A DNA stretch of 64,000 nucleotides, counting the filler, from Myxococcota bacterium (GTDB lineage: Bacteria; Myxococcota_C; UBA6777), in the NCBI GenBank assembly GCA_023150835.1. It is 10 parts of 10 records of this genome, joined end to end, with 100 filler letters (N's around TTAATTAATTAA, not from the genome) between each part and the next. Parts side by side here need not be neighbours in the genome. Positions count along the whole stretch, not along the records: positions 47,797 to 50,276 come from JAKLKB010000237.1; positions 50,377 to 52,815 come from JAKLKB010000238.1; positions 52,916 to 55,306 come from JAKLKB010000239.1; positions 55,407 to 64,000 come from JAKLKB010000188.1; 6 more parts are not named here. One strand, 5' to 3'. Positions 47,797 to 58,400 of this stretch are shown in pieces. The notes below the pieces were generated by a model, which was not told the origin of the DNA, did no database searches, and saw only the letters and a list, made by a program, of their open reading frames with translations. Position numbers and translations under genes: made by a program. Each line of letters starts with the position of its first letter. Position 1 is the stretch's first letter.

Positions 47797-49514
47797 TTGC
47801 CGCCTTCGGGAGTGGAGACGCTGTGGGTGTCGGCGAGGGCCTGTCCACCGAGGGCTTGGATCTCTGCAACCACTTGGGCGGCGGGGCCTGCGCTGATCTC
47901 GCCGCTGCCATCGCGGGCGATCCCGATATCATTCACTACCACTCTTGCTCCACGCTTGGCCAACTCCAGCGCGTACACACGGCCCAATCCGCCCCCTGCG
48001 CCCGTCACCACCGCCACTTGCCCATCAAAGCGGATCGGAGGTTGTTCTGGCTTGGCCACAGCTTGGCGTTTTTTCGGAATAGCTTTCCAGAAATAGCCGA
48101 CAAAACCGCGTCCTTCGTCGTAATACTTCCGTCGAAATACCATCTCTACAGGCTGGCCCACAGAGATATCTTCGATGGCGCAGTCTGTAAAGTCCATCAT
48201 CAGTCGCCCACCGCGTTCAAACTCGATCATGCCGTAGATAGCGGGTGGGTCTTGTGAGACCGCCAACATATCGCCTGTAAAGCTCTTGACGTGGGCGCTT
48301 TGATCGGCAAACGGATAAGGATCTTGGGGGCCGATATGTTTGCACTCGGGATTGACGCACACCTGTGAAGGCGGATACTGCGGCGTTTTACAGACTTGGC
48401 AACAGCCGCCTACAAAGCCCAAGATCATCTCGCGGTTTCGCCAAAGCGCGGTCATCGCCGTCTGTGTCGGGCCTTCTGCGCGGATGCCTTTTTCGGCGTC
48501 AAGCTGCTGGCGAAAACTCAGAAAGCGAAAGTAGTTGTTTGTGGAGCGCTTGTTTTGGAGCGTGGCGTTGTATCCGTGAATGGGAAGGCGATCGCGGATC
48601 TGTTCGGTCACTTCAAACAGAAAAGCGTCGCAGCCTTGTCCAAAGCTTGCCATCGCGATCTTGTCACCGGGTTTGGCCGATTCAAGGGCGGCGATCAACA
48701 TCAAGAAAGGATGGGCCACGCCTGTTTCTCCGCAATGATCGTGGAGATTGTCTTGGAGACGGGCCTTGCGTGCGCCGAGTAGTTTGGCGATGCGTTGGTG
48801 TTCGCTTTTGAAAAAACACGGATACACGAGGTGATCGATATCGTCGAGGGTGAGGCCCGCTTTGTTGAGCAAGCCGCGCAGTGCTTCGGGGATGATCTTG
48901 GCGTAGCCTTCATCGCGCACCCAACGCTCTTCCCATGTGTACGGATAACGCTGGCCCTCGCTGCGGTAGTGATCCACAAAGTCATACGAAAGCGAATGGG
49001 TTTCTTGCAACGAAGCAAGGACATCTTCGCGCCCCAAAAGCAAGGAAGCTGCGCCATCTCCGTACCACATCTCATAAAACGAGGCGACACGTGCGTCCCG
49101 CATATCGCTTGTGGTCAACAACACGCGGTCTTTTTGCCCCGAAGCAAGGGCATGATACGCCGAAAGAAGCGCCGAAGTACCTGCGCGCTGTGACGTCGTA
49201 AAATCGGCGGTTTCGAGCATCGGTGACAGATGCAGCGCGGTCCCGATTACTGAGGCCGCTGAACGATCGGCAAAAGGAAAGGTGGTTGAACTGCAATACA
49301 ACGCACCAAGGGCGGCGGGATCTTGGCCGCGCAGGCACGCTCGGGCTGCGCTAACGGCCATCGTTAGGCTGTCTTCGTCCCAGTTGGCAAACGACCGCTC
49401 GCCTTGGGCGATCATCATCAAGGCGGGCATATACCAGCCCATCCCTTCGTAGATGCTTTGCCGCTGCAAACGCCAGCGCGGGATGTAGGCCCCATACGAA
49501 CAAATTCCGATCAT
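47797..49514 (-). CDS. HMG-CoA-synthase/thiolase-like + DUF35 Zn-ribbon/OB-fold + SDR fusion (3' partial)
   Basis: GICSYGAYIPRWRL, DEDSLTMA, CQVC...CVNPEC, then TGAGGGLGR. Confidence 0.88.
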
Positions 49515-49529
49515 GATCTGCTGCTCCTG

Positions 49530-50276
49530 CTATGCGTTTGGGCTCTTTTCTGCGGTGTGGCTTGCGATCCGACCTTGAAACGCGCCGATCGCTTCCATCG
49601 CGTTTTCGTAAAACTCTGCACCGTTCCATCCGTCGATGGCGGCCCAATGCTCGCGGATCGCCTCGGGGCTTGGTTGTTCTCCGAGGTACGCACCCGCGCC
49701 TGTTGCGATGGCTGCGCGGCTATAATGCCCCATACCTGCGTTGTAGATGTGGCCGCGCCACTTGCAGCGTTCGCTTGCCAATAACAGCACCAGCGGCGCA
49801 ACGTGCGCAGGATCCAGCTTTTCGAGTGCATCGGGTGGCAGGATATCTTCGGTCATGCGGGAACGTGCGATCGGCGCGACCGTGTTGACCATGATCCCGT
49901 AGCGTGCGCCTTCTTGGTTTAGTGCGTGCATCAGGCCGACAAGCCCGAGCTTTGCTGCGGCGTAGTTGGCTTGTCCGAAGTTTCCGTACAAACCAGCAGC
50001 AGAAGAGGTCATGATGATCCGCCCGTAGCCTTGGACTTTCATGACCTCAAAAGCGGGCTGTGTGGTGTGGTAGGCTCCGTCGAGATGGACGCTCATGACA
50101 TCTCGCCATTGGTCGGGTGTCATCTTGGAAAAACTTTTGTCGCGCAAGATCCCCGCGTTGTTGATCAAGATATCCACCCGCCCAAAATGCCCAACAGCCG
50201 CTTCGATCAGAGCCTTGCCGCCTTCGGGAGTGGAGACGCTGTGGGTGTCGGCGAGGGCCTGTCCACCGAGGGCTTG
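49530..50276 (-). CDS. MFE-2/Fox2-like SDR dehydrogenase C-terminal part (5' partial)
   Basis: INNAGILRDKSF, GLYGNFGQANYAAAK. Confidence 0.9.
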   Translation of the reverse strand, partial: QALGGQALADTHSVSTPEGGKALIEAAVGHFGRVDILINNAGILRDKSFSKMTPDQWRDVMSVHLDGAYHTTQPAFEVMKVQGYGRIIMTSSAAGLYGNFGQANYAAAKLGLVGLMHALNQEGARYGIMVNTVAPIARSRMTEDILPPDALEKLDPAHVAPLVLLLASERCKWRGHIYNAGMGHYSRAAIATGAGAYLGEQPSPEAIREHWAAIDGWNGAEFYENAMEAIGAFQGRIASHTAEKSPNA

Positions 50277-50376
50277 NNNNNNNNNNNNNNNNNNNNNNNN
50301 NNNNNNNNNNNNNNNNNNNNTTAATTAATTAANNNNNNNNNNNNNNNNNNNNNNNNNNNNNNNNNNNNNNNNNNNN

Positions 50377-50696
50377 TCCCCCGTGAACAGGGGAGGGAGC
50401 GAAAGTCGGAAGCATCGGGGATTTTGTTTTTTCATGACGCACGCTGTATGCACCAAATGCAGACGCTGCCCGTTCCAACTTCCCCCCGTTGGCCGGGGGG
50501 ATTGAGGGGGGGAGAACAAAAGAAAAGGCGATCAAGACTGACTCTACGAGGTTTTCACCTTAACAAGGCGCGTATGGGGCATTGCCCCACGCCCCACAAG
50601 GGAGCATTGCCCCCTTGACCCCGTGTTTGGCGAACAGATGACTGTTTTTCAAGCCAACGCCGCTGTCGCTTGGAATGGTGCGAACACGGGGGTTTT
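50377..50696 (-). repeat. Composite repeat, second copy
   Basis: Reverse complement of 44584-44902 with substitutions. Confidence 0.88.
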
Positions 50697-50734
50697 TGGC
50701 CCACAGGAAGATGCTTGTCCTCCCCTATGCCATC

Positions 50735-52792
50735 CTATTCCTGTTCGGTGTGATCGGCGTGCGTTGTGGGAGGTTCGGAGGAAGAGGCTTCGAGAAGGTG
50801 GAGGATGGTGTCAAAGATCGCGAGCAGATCGCCATCCGCAGGAGTGAAGAGTGCGCGGACACCGAGATCTCGGAGGATGGTGTGGTCTTGTTGGGGGAGG
50901 ATACCGCCCATCACCACGGGGATGGCGTCGGCGGCACCTGCATCGCGAAGTCCTTGCATGATCTGCTGGGTGATCTCGAAGTGGGAGCCGCTAAGAATGG
51001 AAAGCCCGATGATATCGGCGCTTTCTTCGACGGCGGATTGTACGATATCGTCGGGGGAAAGGCGGATCCCCGCGTAGATCACATCGAAGCCAAGATGACG
51101 TGCGGTGACGGCGATGATCTCGGCTCCGTTGGAATGTCCGTCCAGACCGGGTTTTCCGATAAGCATACGCGGTCGATGCCCAAGGCGCTCGCTGAGGGCT
51201 TGGACACGGTCTTGGAGAGGGCGTCGGCGGTCTTCTTGGAGAGAGAGGGTTTGGCCTTCGATGCCGGTAGCTGCGCGGTATTCACCAAAGACACTACGCA
51301 GAGCATCGGCCCATTCTCCTGTCGTCACGCGAGCGAGGGCGCATTGGATCGAGGCGGGCATCATATTTTGTCCGCTGCGAGCGGCTTCTTGGAGGGAGTG
51401 AAGGGCAGACTGGACTTTTTCTGGACTGCGTTGCTGGCGCGTCTGATTGAGAAGGGCAAGCGTTTCGTTGGCGGCGAGGGGATCGACGCGAAACAAGCCG
51501 CTGTCTTGGTCGGATATCAGGGGAGAGGGCAAGCTTTCGGTCCAACGATTGACGCCGACGACGATCTGTTCGCCGCGTTGGATGCGGCTGATGCGCGCCG
51601 CCATCGAGCGCACAAGAGCGCTTTTCATGTAGCCGCTTTGGATCGCAGCGTGGACACCCCCCATGCCAAGGATATGTGCGATCTCTTCGCGGGCTTCGGA
51701 TTTGATCGCGTCCGTTTTGGACTGGATCACAGGGCTTCCATCGAAGAGGTCGGGGTATTCGAGAAGATCGGTTTCGTAAGCAAGGATCTGTTGCAAGCGT
51801 AGAGACCATTGTTGATCCCAAGGTCGCGGAAGGGAGAGGGCTTCGTTCCACGCGGGGAGTTGGAGGGCGCGGCAGCGGGCTTTTCGGCTAAGGGTGACTC
51901 CAAGGGTTTCGAGCAAGATGCGCCATGCGTTGTTTTCGGGCTGTTGTTCGGTGAGTCCGAGCGAGTTGACTTGCACACCATAGCGAAAACGCCGATGTTG
52001 GGGATCTTGGATGTGATATCGAGACAGGGTGATCTCGTCCCATAGCTCGGCGAATGCACGCATCTTACAGATCTCTTCGACAAAACGGATGCCTGAGTTC
52101 ACAAAGAAACTGATGCGTTCGACGACTTGGCCGAAGTCGTGTTCTGGGATCTGTCCACGTTGTTGAAGAAGATCAAGCACGCCGAGGGCGGTGGAGAGGG
52201 CAAAGGCGACTTCTTGGGCAGGTGTCGCTCCTGCTTCTTGGAGGTGATAAGAGCAGATGTTGGCGGCGTTCCATTGGGGGAGATGGATCAGGCAGTATTC
52301 GTACATCTCGGCGATGATGCGGAAGTGGGCGTCGGGTGGAAAGAGATACGTTCCGCGTGCGAGATATTCTTTGACGATATCATTTTGGGTGGTTCCACGG
52401 AGGGAAGAGACCGATACACCGCGTTCTTGGGCGAGTGCGATATACAACGCAAGCAACCACATGGAGGTGCCGTTGATGGTCATGGAGGTGTTCATCTGAT
52501 CGAGCGGGATGGCGTCGAAGAGGGTGTGCATGTCGTCGAGGCTGTGGATGGGAACGCCGACTTTGCCGACTTCGCTTTTGGCAAGGGGATGATCGGCGTC
52601 ATAACCGCATTGGGTGGGGAGATCAAAGGCGATGGAAAGGCCGGTTTGTCCGGCTTCAAGGTTCTGTTTGTAGAGTTGGTTGGAGGCGTAGACGTTGGTG
52701 TGTCCTGCGTAGGTACGGAAGATCCAAGGTCGATCGGAGGTGGGAGATCCGTTGCGATCGAGGATTTGGTGAGCGGAAGGGGAGGAAGGCAT
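50735..52792 (-). CDS. ecm: Ethylmalonyl-CoA mutase (MeaA/Ecm), B12-dependent
   Basis: PWIFRTYAGH, ICSYHLQEAG, FRYGVQVNSLGLTE, and B12-binding KPGLDGHSNG; GGAGA RBS before ATG 52792. Confidence 0.88.
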   Translation of the reverse strand: MPSSPSAHQILDRNGSPTSDRPWIFRTYAGHTNVYASNQLYKQNLEAGQTGLSIAFDLPTQCGYDADHPLAKSEVGKVGVPIHSLDDMHTLFDAIPLDQMNTSMTINGTSMWLLALYIALAQERGVSVSSLRGTTQNDIVKEYLARGTYLFPPDAHFRIIAEMYEYCLIHLPQWNAANICSYHLQEAGATPAQEVAFALSTALGVLDLLQQRGQIPEHDFGQVVERISFFVNSGIRFVEEICKMRAFAELWDEITLSRYHIQDPQHRRFRYGVQVNSLGLTEQQPENNAWRILLETLGVTLSRKARCRALQLPAWNEALSLPRPWDQQWSLRLQQILAYETDLLEYPDLFDGSPVIQSKTDAIKSEAREEIAHILGMGGVHAAIQSGYMKSALVRSMAARISRIQRGEQIVVGVNRWTESLPSPLISDQDSGLFRVDPLAANETLALLNQTRQQRSPEKVQSALHSLQEAARSGQNMMPASIQCALARVTTGEWADALRSVFGEYRAATGIEGQTLSLQEDRRRPLQDRVQALSERLGHRPRMLIGKPGLDGHSNGAEIIAVTARHLGFDVIYAGIRLSPDDIVQSAVEESADIIGLSILSGSHFEITQQIMQGLRDAGAADAIPVVMGGILPQQDHTILRDLGVRALFTPADGDLLAIFDTILHLLEASSSEPPTTHADHTEQE

Positions 52793-53023
52793 GGTGGTGT
52801 CTCCGTATCGCAAAGNNNNNNNNNNNNNNNNNNNNNNNNNNNNNNNNNNNNNNNNNNNNTTAATTAATTAANNNNNNNNNNNNNNNNNNNNNNNNNNNNN
52901 NNNNNNNNNNNNNNNAAAAGAGAAAAGAATTTTTTGTTCGCCAACCAGCGACACAGTCAAGGCGTATGTGTTAAGTTCGTTTGAACGTTTCAGACTTTCT
53001 CTTTGCAAGCGTACGAGGTCGCG

Positions 53024-53290
53024 ATGAATACACTCAACAAACCATCCAATTTTCAAATTCTCGCAACCGATGAACCTCTGTTGGAGTGATTGGGGCGTCT
53101 AGCGGAACGCTATTTTGCGGACGATCCCAAGACTTGCTTGATCAAGCTCCGTCAATTCGGTGAGATCCTTTTGCAAGAAGTCGCTGCGCGTGTTGTGGCT
53201 GTTGTCGAAGCCAAACGCGCAAAAAAGGATGTTGCCTCGTCTATCGAACAGTCCGAACGATATAGCCGTAGCTATCTGATTCTTTCCCGC
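53024..53290 (+). pseudogene. hsdR: Type I restriction subunit R remnant (EcoKI-like) with an in-frame stop and an internal deletion
   Basis: SNF...AERYFADDPKTCLIKLRQFGE joined directly to VAVVEAKR...EQSERYS; TGA at 53087. Confidence 0.75.
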
Positions 53291-53485
53291 CCCCTTCTCG
53301 ACTGGATGACCCCCGAAGGACTTCAACATCTCCTCTCCCTGCGGGCGCTCACAAGGTTCGCTGCAAGGCGAGGGGGCGGAGAAGGCAAGTTCACGGTGGG
53401 GACTCCCTCCCTCGCTCCACAGCGAAGCGACCGTGAGGAGAGGGAGGGTTGGGGAGGGTGAGGGGTCTCGTGCTATGCACATCGG

Positions 53486-53654
53486 CCTGATTTTGGGCAT
53501 GGCGTCATGCACATCGACCTGATTTTGGGCAAAGGTTAAGCACACCAGCCCGATTTTGGGCAAAGGGTACGAACACAAGCCCGATTTTGGGTACGGTGTC
53601 ATGTGCATCGGCCCGATTTTGGGTAAAGGGTACGAACACCAGCCCGATTTTGGA
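53486..53654. repeat. Array of six CCYGATTTTGG cores at 31-32 bp spacing with two spacer types
   Basis: Cores at 53486, 53518, 53549, 53580, 53612 and 53643. Confidence 0.9.
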
Positions 53655-54280
53655 TATTGGGGTGTGGGAGGAGCGATCAAGCGGCAGAAAAGATCCTCGA
53701 AGGTGGAGCGTGGATCAAGCATTTTGATCGAACGCAGCGGTTCGACGCGGATCTCGTTGACGTATCGTTGGAAAAGAAAGTTGAAAGCGTCGATAAGCCC
53801 TTGGGGGTTGTTTTTGTGTTCAGCGTAGATTTGTCGGATCGTTTCTTCAACAGCGGACAAGGCATGTCCAAAGATCTCTTTTTGGATCCACAAATTTTTG
53901 ATGAAAGGAGCGAGGTGAGGCAGCTTCGTTAGTATTTTCACGTCGCCAAAGTTGCTTGTTGGTTCGCAGAGGAAGAGACCGACGTTGAAAAACTCTTGTC
54001 GCGATTTGCCTTGTTCTGCTTTTGTTGCGAAGGCGGGGCCAGTCTTGGCGGATGGATAATCGTTTGGAGAGAAGTCGTCTGCGTCCGCGTGCATGATCGT
54101 GGCTTGAAAGGTTCGCATATCCAGAGCCTTTGCGAGTTCTACTGCAACCCATTCGGAGGCTAATACATGGGGGCCTTCAGGGTTCCCCATGACTTTTAGG
54201 GAAGGCTTCTGCTGCGGCGGGGATGGGGAGAGATAGGGGGGTTGTTTTGTCTGAGGGGTACGGGTAGGATGGCGCATCAT
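53655..54280 (-). pseudogene. HipA-like kinase N-terminal fragment fused in frame to a DUF3037 fragment
   Basis: LKVMGNPEGPHVLASEW...GPAFAT, then SRQEFFNVGLFLC...FEDLFCRLI; the kinase catalytic lobe is absent. Confidence 0.65.
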
Positions 54281-54368
54281 TCGTTGAGAATCACCAAGAG
54301 AACATTGTGTCTTGGAAGGCGAAGTCATGACCCCATAAGGGGGGTCGCAAAACAAGGAGAGGTGCGCG

Positions 54369-55121
54369 ATGAGCCAAGTGAGATCGGTGGAGATCCAAGA
54401 GTTTCCGGCGATGTTTGAGAGCCACAAGAGCAACGAGGCAGAGCTTGAGGCGTTGTTGAAGGGGGATGTGGGCGTTCGTTTTGGGGAAGCGATGGCGTTG
54501 GGGCAAAAGCTGCGGAGTTGTTTGCTGGGTGGTGGTGTGGAAGCAACGAAGGTGGATCGGTTGTTGGATCGTGGGTGGGGTGGGCTTTCACGGGTTTTGG
54601 TGGGGTGGGAGCATAGCCTTGTGGAAGACGAACAGATCCCATCGAGCAAGGAAGAACGTGATACTTGTGCGTATATACGGGCGCTTCGCGTGGGTTTGAT
54701 CGGTGAGGGGCTGGGATTTTTGGGGATCGCATTCATGGACGAGTGGCGAGAATCGGGTGTGCGTTTGGCGCGTTTGGATACGGTGTTTGAGGGTGGCGTG
54801 ACGTATCGGCAGGCTTTGGAAAAGCTAGGTCTGGGGCTGTTGGTTGGGCGGATCGAGCGGTTGCAGGAGATGTATGGTCAGGCGTTGGGGATCACGAAAC
54901 CGAAAGAAACGATGGATGCGTATGCAGCGTGGGAGAAAGCCTTTTCGCGTTTGTTGCACGGGGTGTATTTCACGTTTGGCGATGAAAGCGAAAGCAGCAA
55001 GAAGGTAGATGCGTTGTTGGTGAAGCCTTACGAGGCCGCATTGGAGCGTGGTTTGGAGCGCCGCCGTCGCAACCGTCCCAGTGAGGAAAAGGCCGCGCCA
55101 AGCGAACCGAGCGTTGGCTGA
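54369..55121 (+). CDS. Hypothetical helical protein (possibly DUF6261-like)
   Basis: AAGGAGAGG RBS; 250 aa; GLGFL...EW and YGQALGIT motifs; the family call is tentative. Confidence 0.8.
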   Translation: MSQVRSVEIQEFPAMFESHKSNEAELEALLKGDVGVRFGEAMALGQKLRSCLLGGGVEATKVDRLLDRGWGGLSRVLVGWEHSLVEDEQIPSSKEERDTCAYIRALRVGLIGEGLGFLGIAFMDEWRESGVRLARLDTVFEGGVTYRQALEKLGLGLLVGRIERLQEMYGQALGITKPKETMDAYAAWEKAFSRLLHGVYFTFGDESESSKKVDALLVKPYEAALERGLERRRRNRPSEEKAAPSEPSVG

Positions 55122-55166
55122 TGTGGGCAGTTGTTTGGCTGTGAGGCGGGAGGTCTAAAAGAAAGA

Positions 55167-55306
55167 GGCTCATGTTGTGTTTTGAGGTCTTCTAAGGTAC
55201 CTCATGAGCGACGTTTTTGATCGAGTGGGTCCGTTCAAACCAACCTCAGCTAGGGCAACCACAGGGGGTTGCCCCTACATGTTGGAAATCACACGGTGTT
55301 TTGTAG
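55167..55306. mobile_element. 25-bp terminus copy 3 with adjoining REP sequence
   Basis: Near-identical to the reverse complement of 376-515. Confidence 0.65.
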
Positions 55307-55408
55307 NNNNNNNNNNNNNNNNNNNNNNNNNNNNNNNNNNNNNNNNNNNNTTAATTAATTAANNNNNNNNNNNNNNNNNNNNNNNNNNNNNNNNNNNNNN
55401 NNNNNNAC

Positions 55409-58400
55409 CTCCACGATCCGCTCTGGAAGCCTCTTGTCGATGCTCTGCCACTTCTCCTCGCCGCTCAACCTCTGTTCCCCGATACCACCGACACTCTCCG
55501 CTCTCCGCACACCCTTTACCTCGCCCCCCCCAGCGTGGCCCTCCTGCTCGACCCCATCCCCCTCCCCCACGCGATCTTTTTCCCTTTCCTTCCCACCAAA
55601 ACGACCGAACCATCGGCCTCACCTACACCCAAACAAACCAACGCCCACGACTCCATCCCGCCCGAACGATGGCCCGCAAGGCTTGATGTGCAGCCCGAAG
55701 AAGCGCTGCGCTTACAGCAGTTGGGCGTCCCAACCTTCACTTTACCGATGTGGCTGGATCTGCTTGCTTTGTGGCTACACGATCACCCCGAAGGCGCCCC
55801 CCCGCCCGAAAAGCTGGCTTCCTTGTTTGCTTCACCTCGGATCGATCGCCTTTACCAACAACTGACGCATCTCCTCCAATCACAAACCGCCGAAGATCCG
55901 TCGCACAGCCAAGCCTCACTCCAACAATTGCGCGAACTTCCGCTGTTGCTCGGTGAAGATGGCGGACTCTACCGCCCAAGCCGAGGCCAGATCGCCCTCG
56001 GCATCCCTGCCATCCGCCAAGCATGGGGCTCCCAACAACGCTTCCTCCCCCAACACCTCCAAGATCAAGCCTCCGATCTCTTCCGACATCTGAGCATCCC
56101 CACCCGCGATTTCCGCGATCTCGCAAACAAGATATCCCAAACCCTCGCCACCACCGACTTCTCCATCGATCCCCACCTCCACATACAAAAGAACATCCCC
56201 CCCCTCCGCCTCACTCTTCAAGACTACACGCGATGCTGGCCTGTCCCTCGTGCGAGCCTCTTGGACAGCCTAACACACGCAACCGAAAACGAACGCAAAG
56301 CCTTTGCCCGCTTGCCTCTGTTTCTTGCGCATGATCAACACCTTTACCCGCTCGCCCAAGATCCCCAAGACAACGGTGCTTTTTTCCTCCCCCCAAGCCC
56401 CGCCTACAAGGCGGCCTTTGCGCTGCTTTCTCCACAGTTTCCGCTGCTTTCCGAAGACCCCTCGATCCGCCAACACTTTCCAACGCTCTCTCTTTATCCC
56501 TCTGCTCTTGTCGCGCTGATCACCCATCACGCGGAGCGCTTTCATGATCACCTGCTCGATCTGCACGCAGTCTTCGGGCTGATCGCAGACGACCTCACCC
56601 ACACCCAACTCCACGCCCTTTGCAAAGCCCCGCTCTGGCTCACCACCCAACAGCGCATCACCTCGATCGATGCGCCTGATGCGCCCATGCTCACCCACGA
56701 TCCTGACCTGCCGCGCTTCCTCCCTTTACGCGAGTTCATCCACCCCGAGATCGCTGCACAGCCCCATACGCGGCTCTTACCTGTCTCTTCTTACGGTATC
56801 ACCGATCTTTTTGAGATGCTGCTTGCCGCCGATCCTCCCCTCGAAGCCTTCCAATCGTACCTTCTCAAACACGCTTCGCGCCTGCGCACCCTCCCCTTTG
56901 ATCAACGCGCCAAAGCCCCGCTGTTCCTCGACCAACACGATACGCGCCAGCCTGCCCAAGCCCTCAGCCGCTCTCCCGCTCCTGCGTGGCTCCCCTTTCT
57001 GCAACGCCGAGGCGAACGCCGATATCTCGCCGCTCATCCACCCGAACAATCGACGCTCTTGCAAGCCCTCGATCTTGAATCCGTCCTGCGCTCCGTTGCT
57101 CCCGCCGAGATCCTTCGTGAATCCTTTCAACAGCTCCACACCTTTGAACCCCAAGAAAAACAACTTCTTCTGCGCTTGATCCTCCAACACATCGACGCAC
57201 TGCCCTTTGGACTGCTTGAGATGACACGCAAGTCCCCGATCTTCCCCGATACATCGGGAGCATTTGCCCCTCTCGCAGATTGGGACAAGACGCCTTGGCA
57301 CGAACACTTCCCCAAGCACCTGATCTTTCGCTGTGGGCCTCCGCTGCTGCGTACGATCTTGGAACAAGCGGGCTTTCGCTTGTTGGCCCTCGATACACAA
57401 GACGCCATCCATCCGCTGTTTCAGCCGCTTTCTGTCCGTGACGCATCTCTTGGCGATCTCTTGGCGGTCTTGCGCCATGCTCCGCCCTCCTCCGAAAAAC
57501 TCTCCTCCATCATCCTCCCGCTGATCCGCCGATTTTTCCAACAACACCTCGACGATCTCCGAACCCTCTTCCCTAAAATGTCTCGCCCTCACCGCGCTGA
57601 TGGACATCCCGATCTGGAAGCCCTTCCGCTGTTTTCCAACCAACTCCAACAACCCACGCCCCTCTCGCAACTGACCGACTCTCCGCTGCTTGACGATCTG
57701 TGGGGCCACGAATCTGCATGGCAACGGCGAAGGCTCCATCCCAACGAACAAGCCGATCTTACCGCGTTTTCAGGACTCATGGCCCCCTCTTCTGTCGTCG
57801 AAGTCCTCCGTAACGTCCTCGACGAGATCGCCCTTCCGCTTCGCCCCCTCGCCGAACAACCCGCTCCACTCGCCTCCCTAGAGCATCTCCAACAACACCT
57901 CCAACGCTTGTCCCCGCTTTGTTCCGCCGCAGAGCTTTCTGAGATGCCCTTGTGGGCGGATCGCAAGTCGCGGCTGCGCAAAGGCCCGCTGTCCCGACAA
58001 GGCACACACCACGCAGCTTGGCTCGAAGGTCTCTCGATCACCAACGAACTTCTCCATCCCTCCCTTGAATCCGCCTTAACCAACGACCTCCGTCATGCTT
58101 TTCCAGAGATCTCCGTCTTTCATCTCCTTGATGCTTTTTCCAACGGTGCTTTTCCAGATCAACCTGTCTCCAAACACCCGACCCTCAACACTCTCGAACG
58201 CCGTAAGCTCTTTTATGACTTCTTGCTCCAGCGATGGGACGCCCTCTGCACAGACGAACGTAGCGCCAAACGCCTCCGAACTTCCGCACTTTTCGCCACA
58301 ACCGATGCCAAGCTTCACTCCCTCTACGAGATCGATTGGTCCACGCCTCCCCACGATCCACAGCAGCCACGTCCCGAAACCCTGATCCCTTCGGAGCTTT

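Noticed and set aside
53099..54736. 545-aa ORF as one real protein
   Set aside because: A composite of antisense sequence, the HipA/DUF3037 remnant, the repeat array and antisense hsdR
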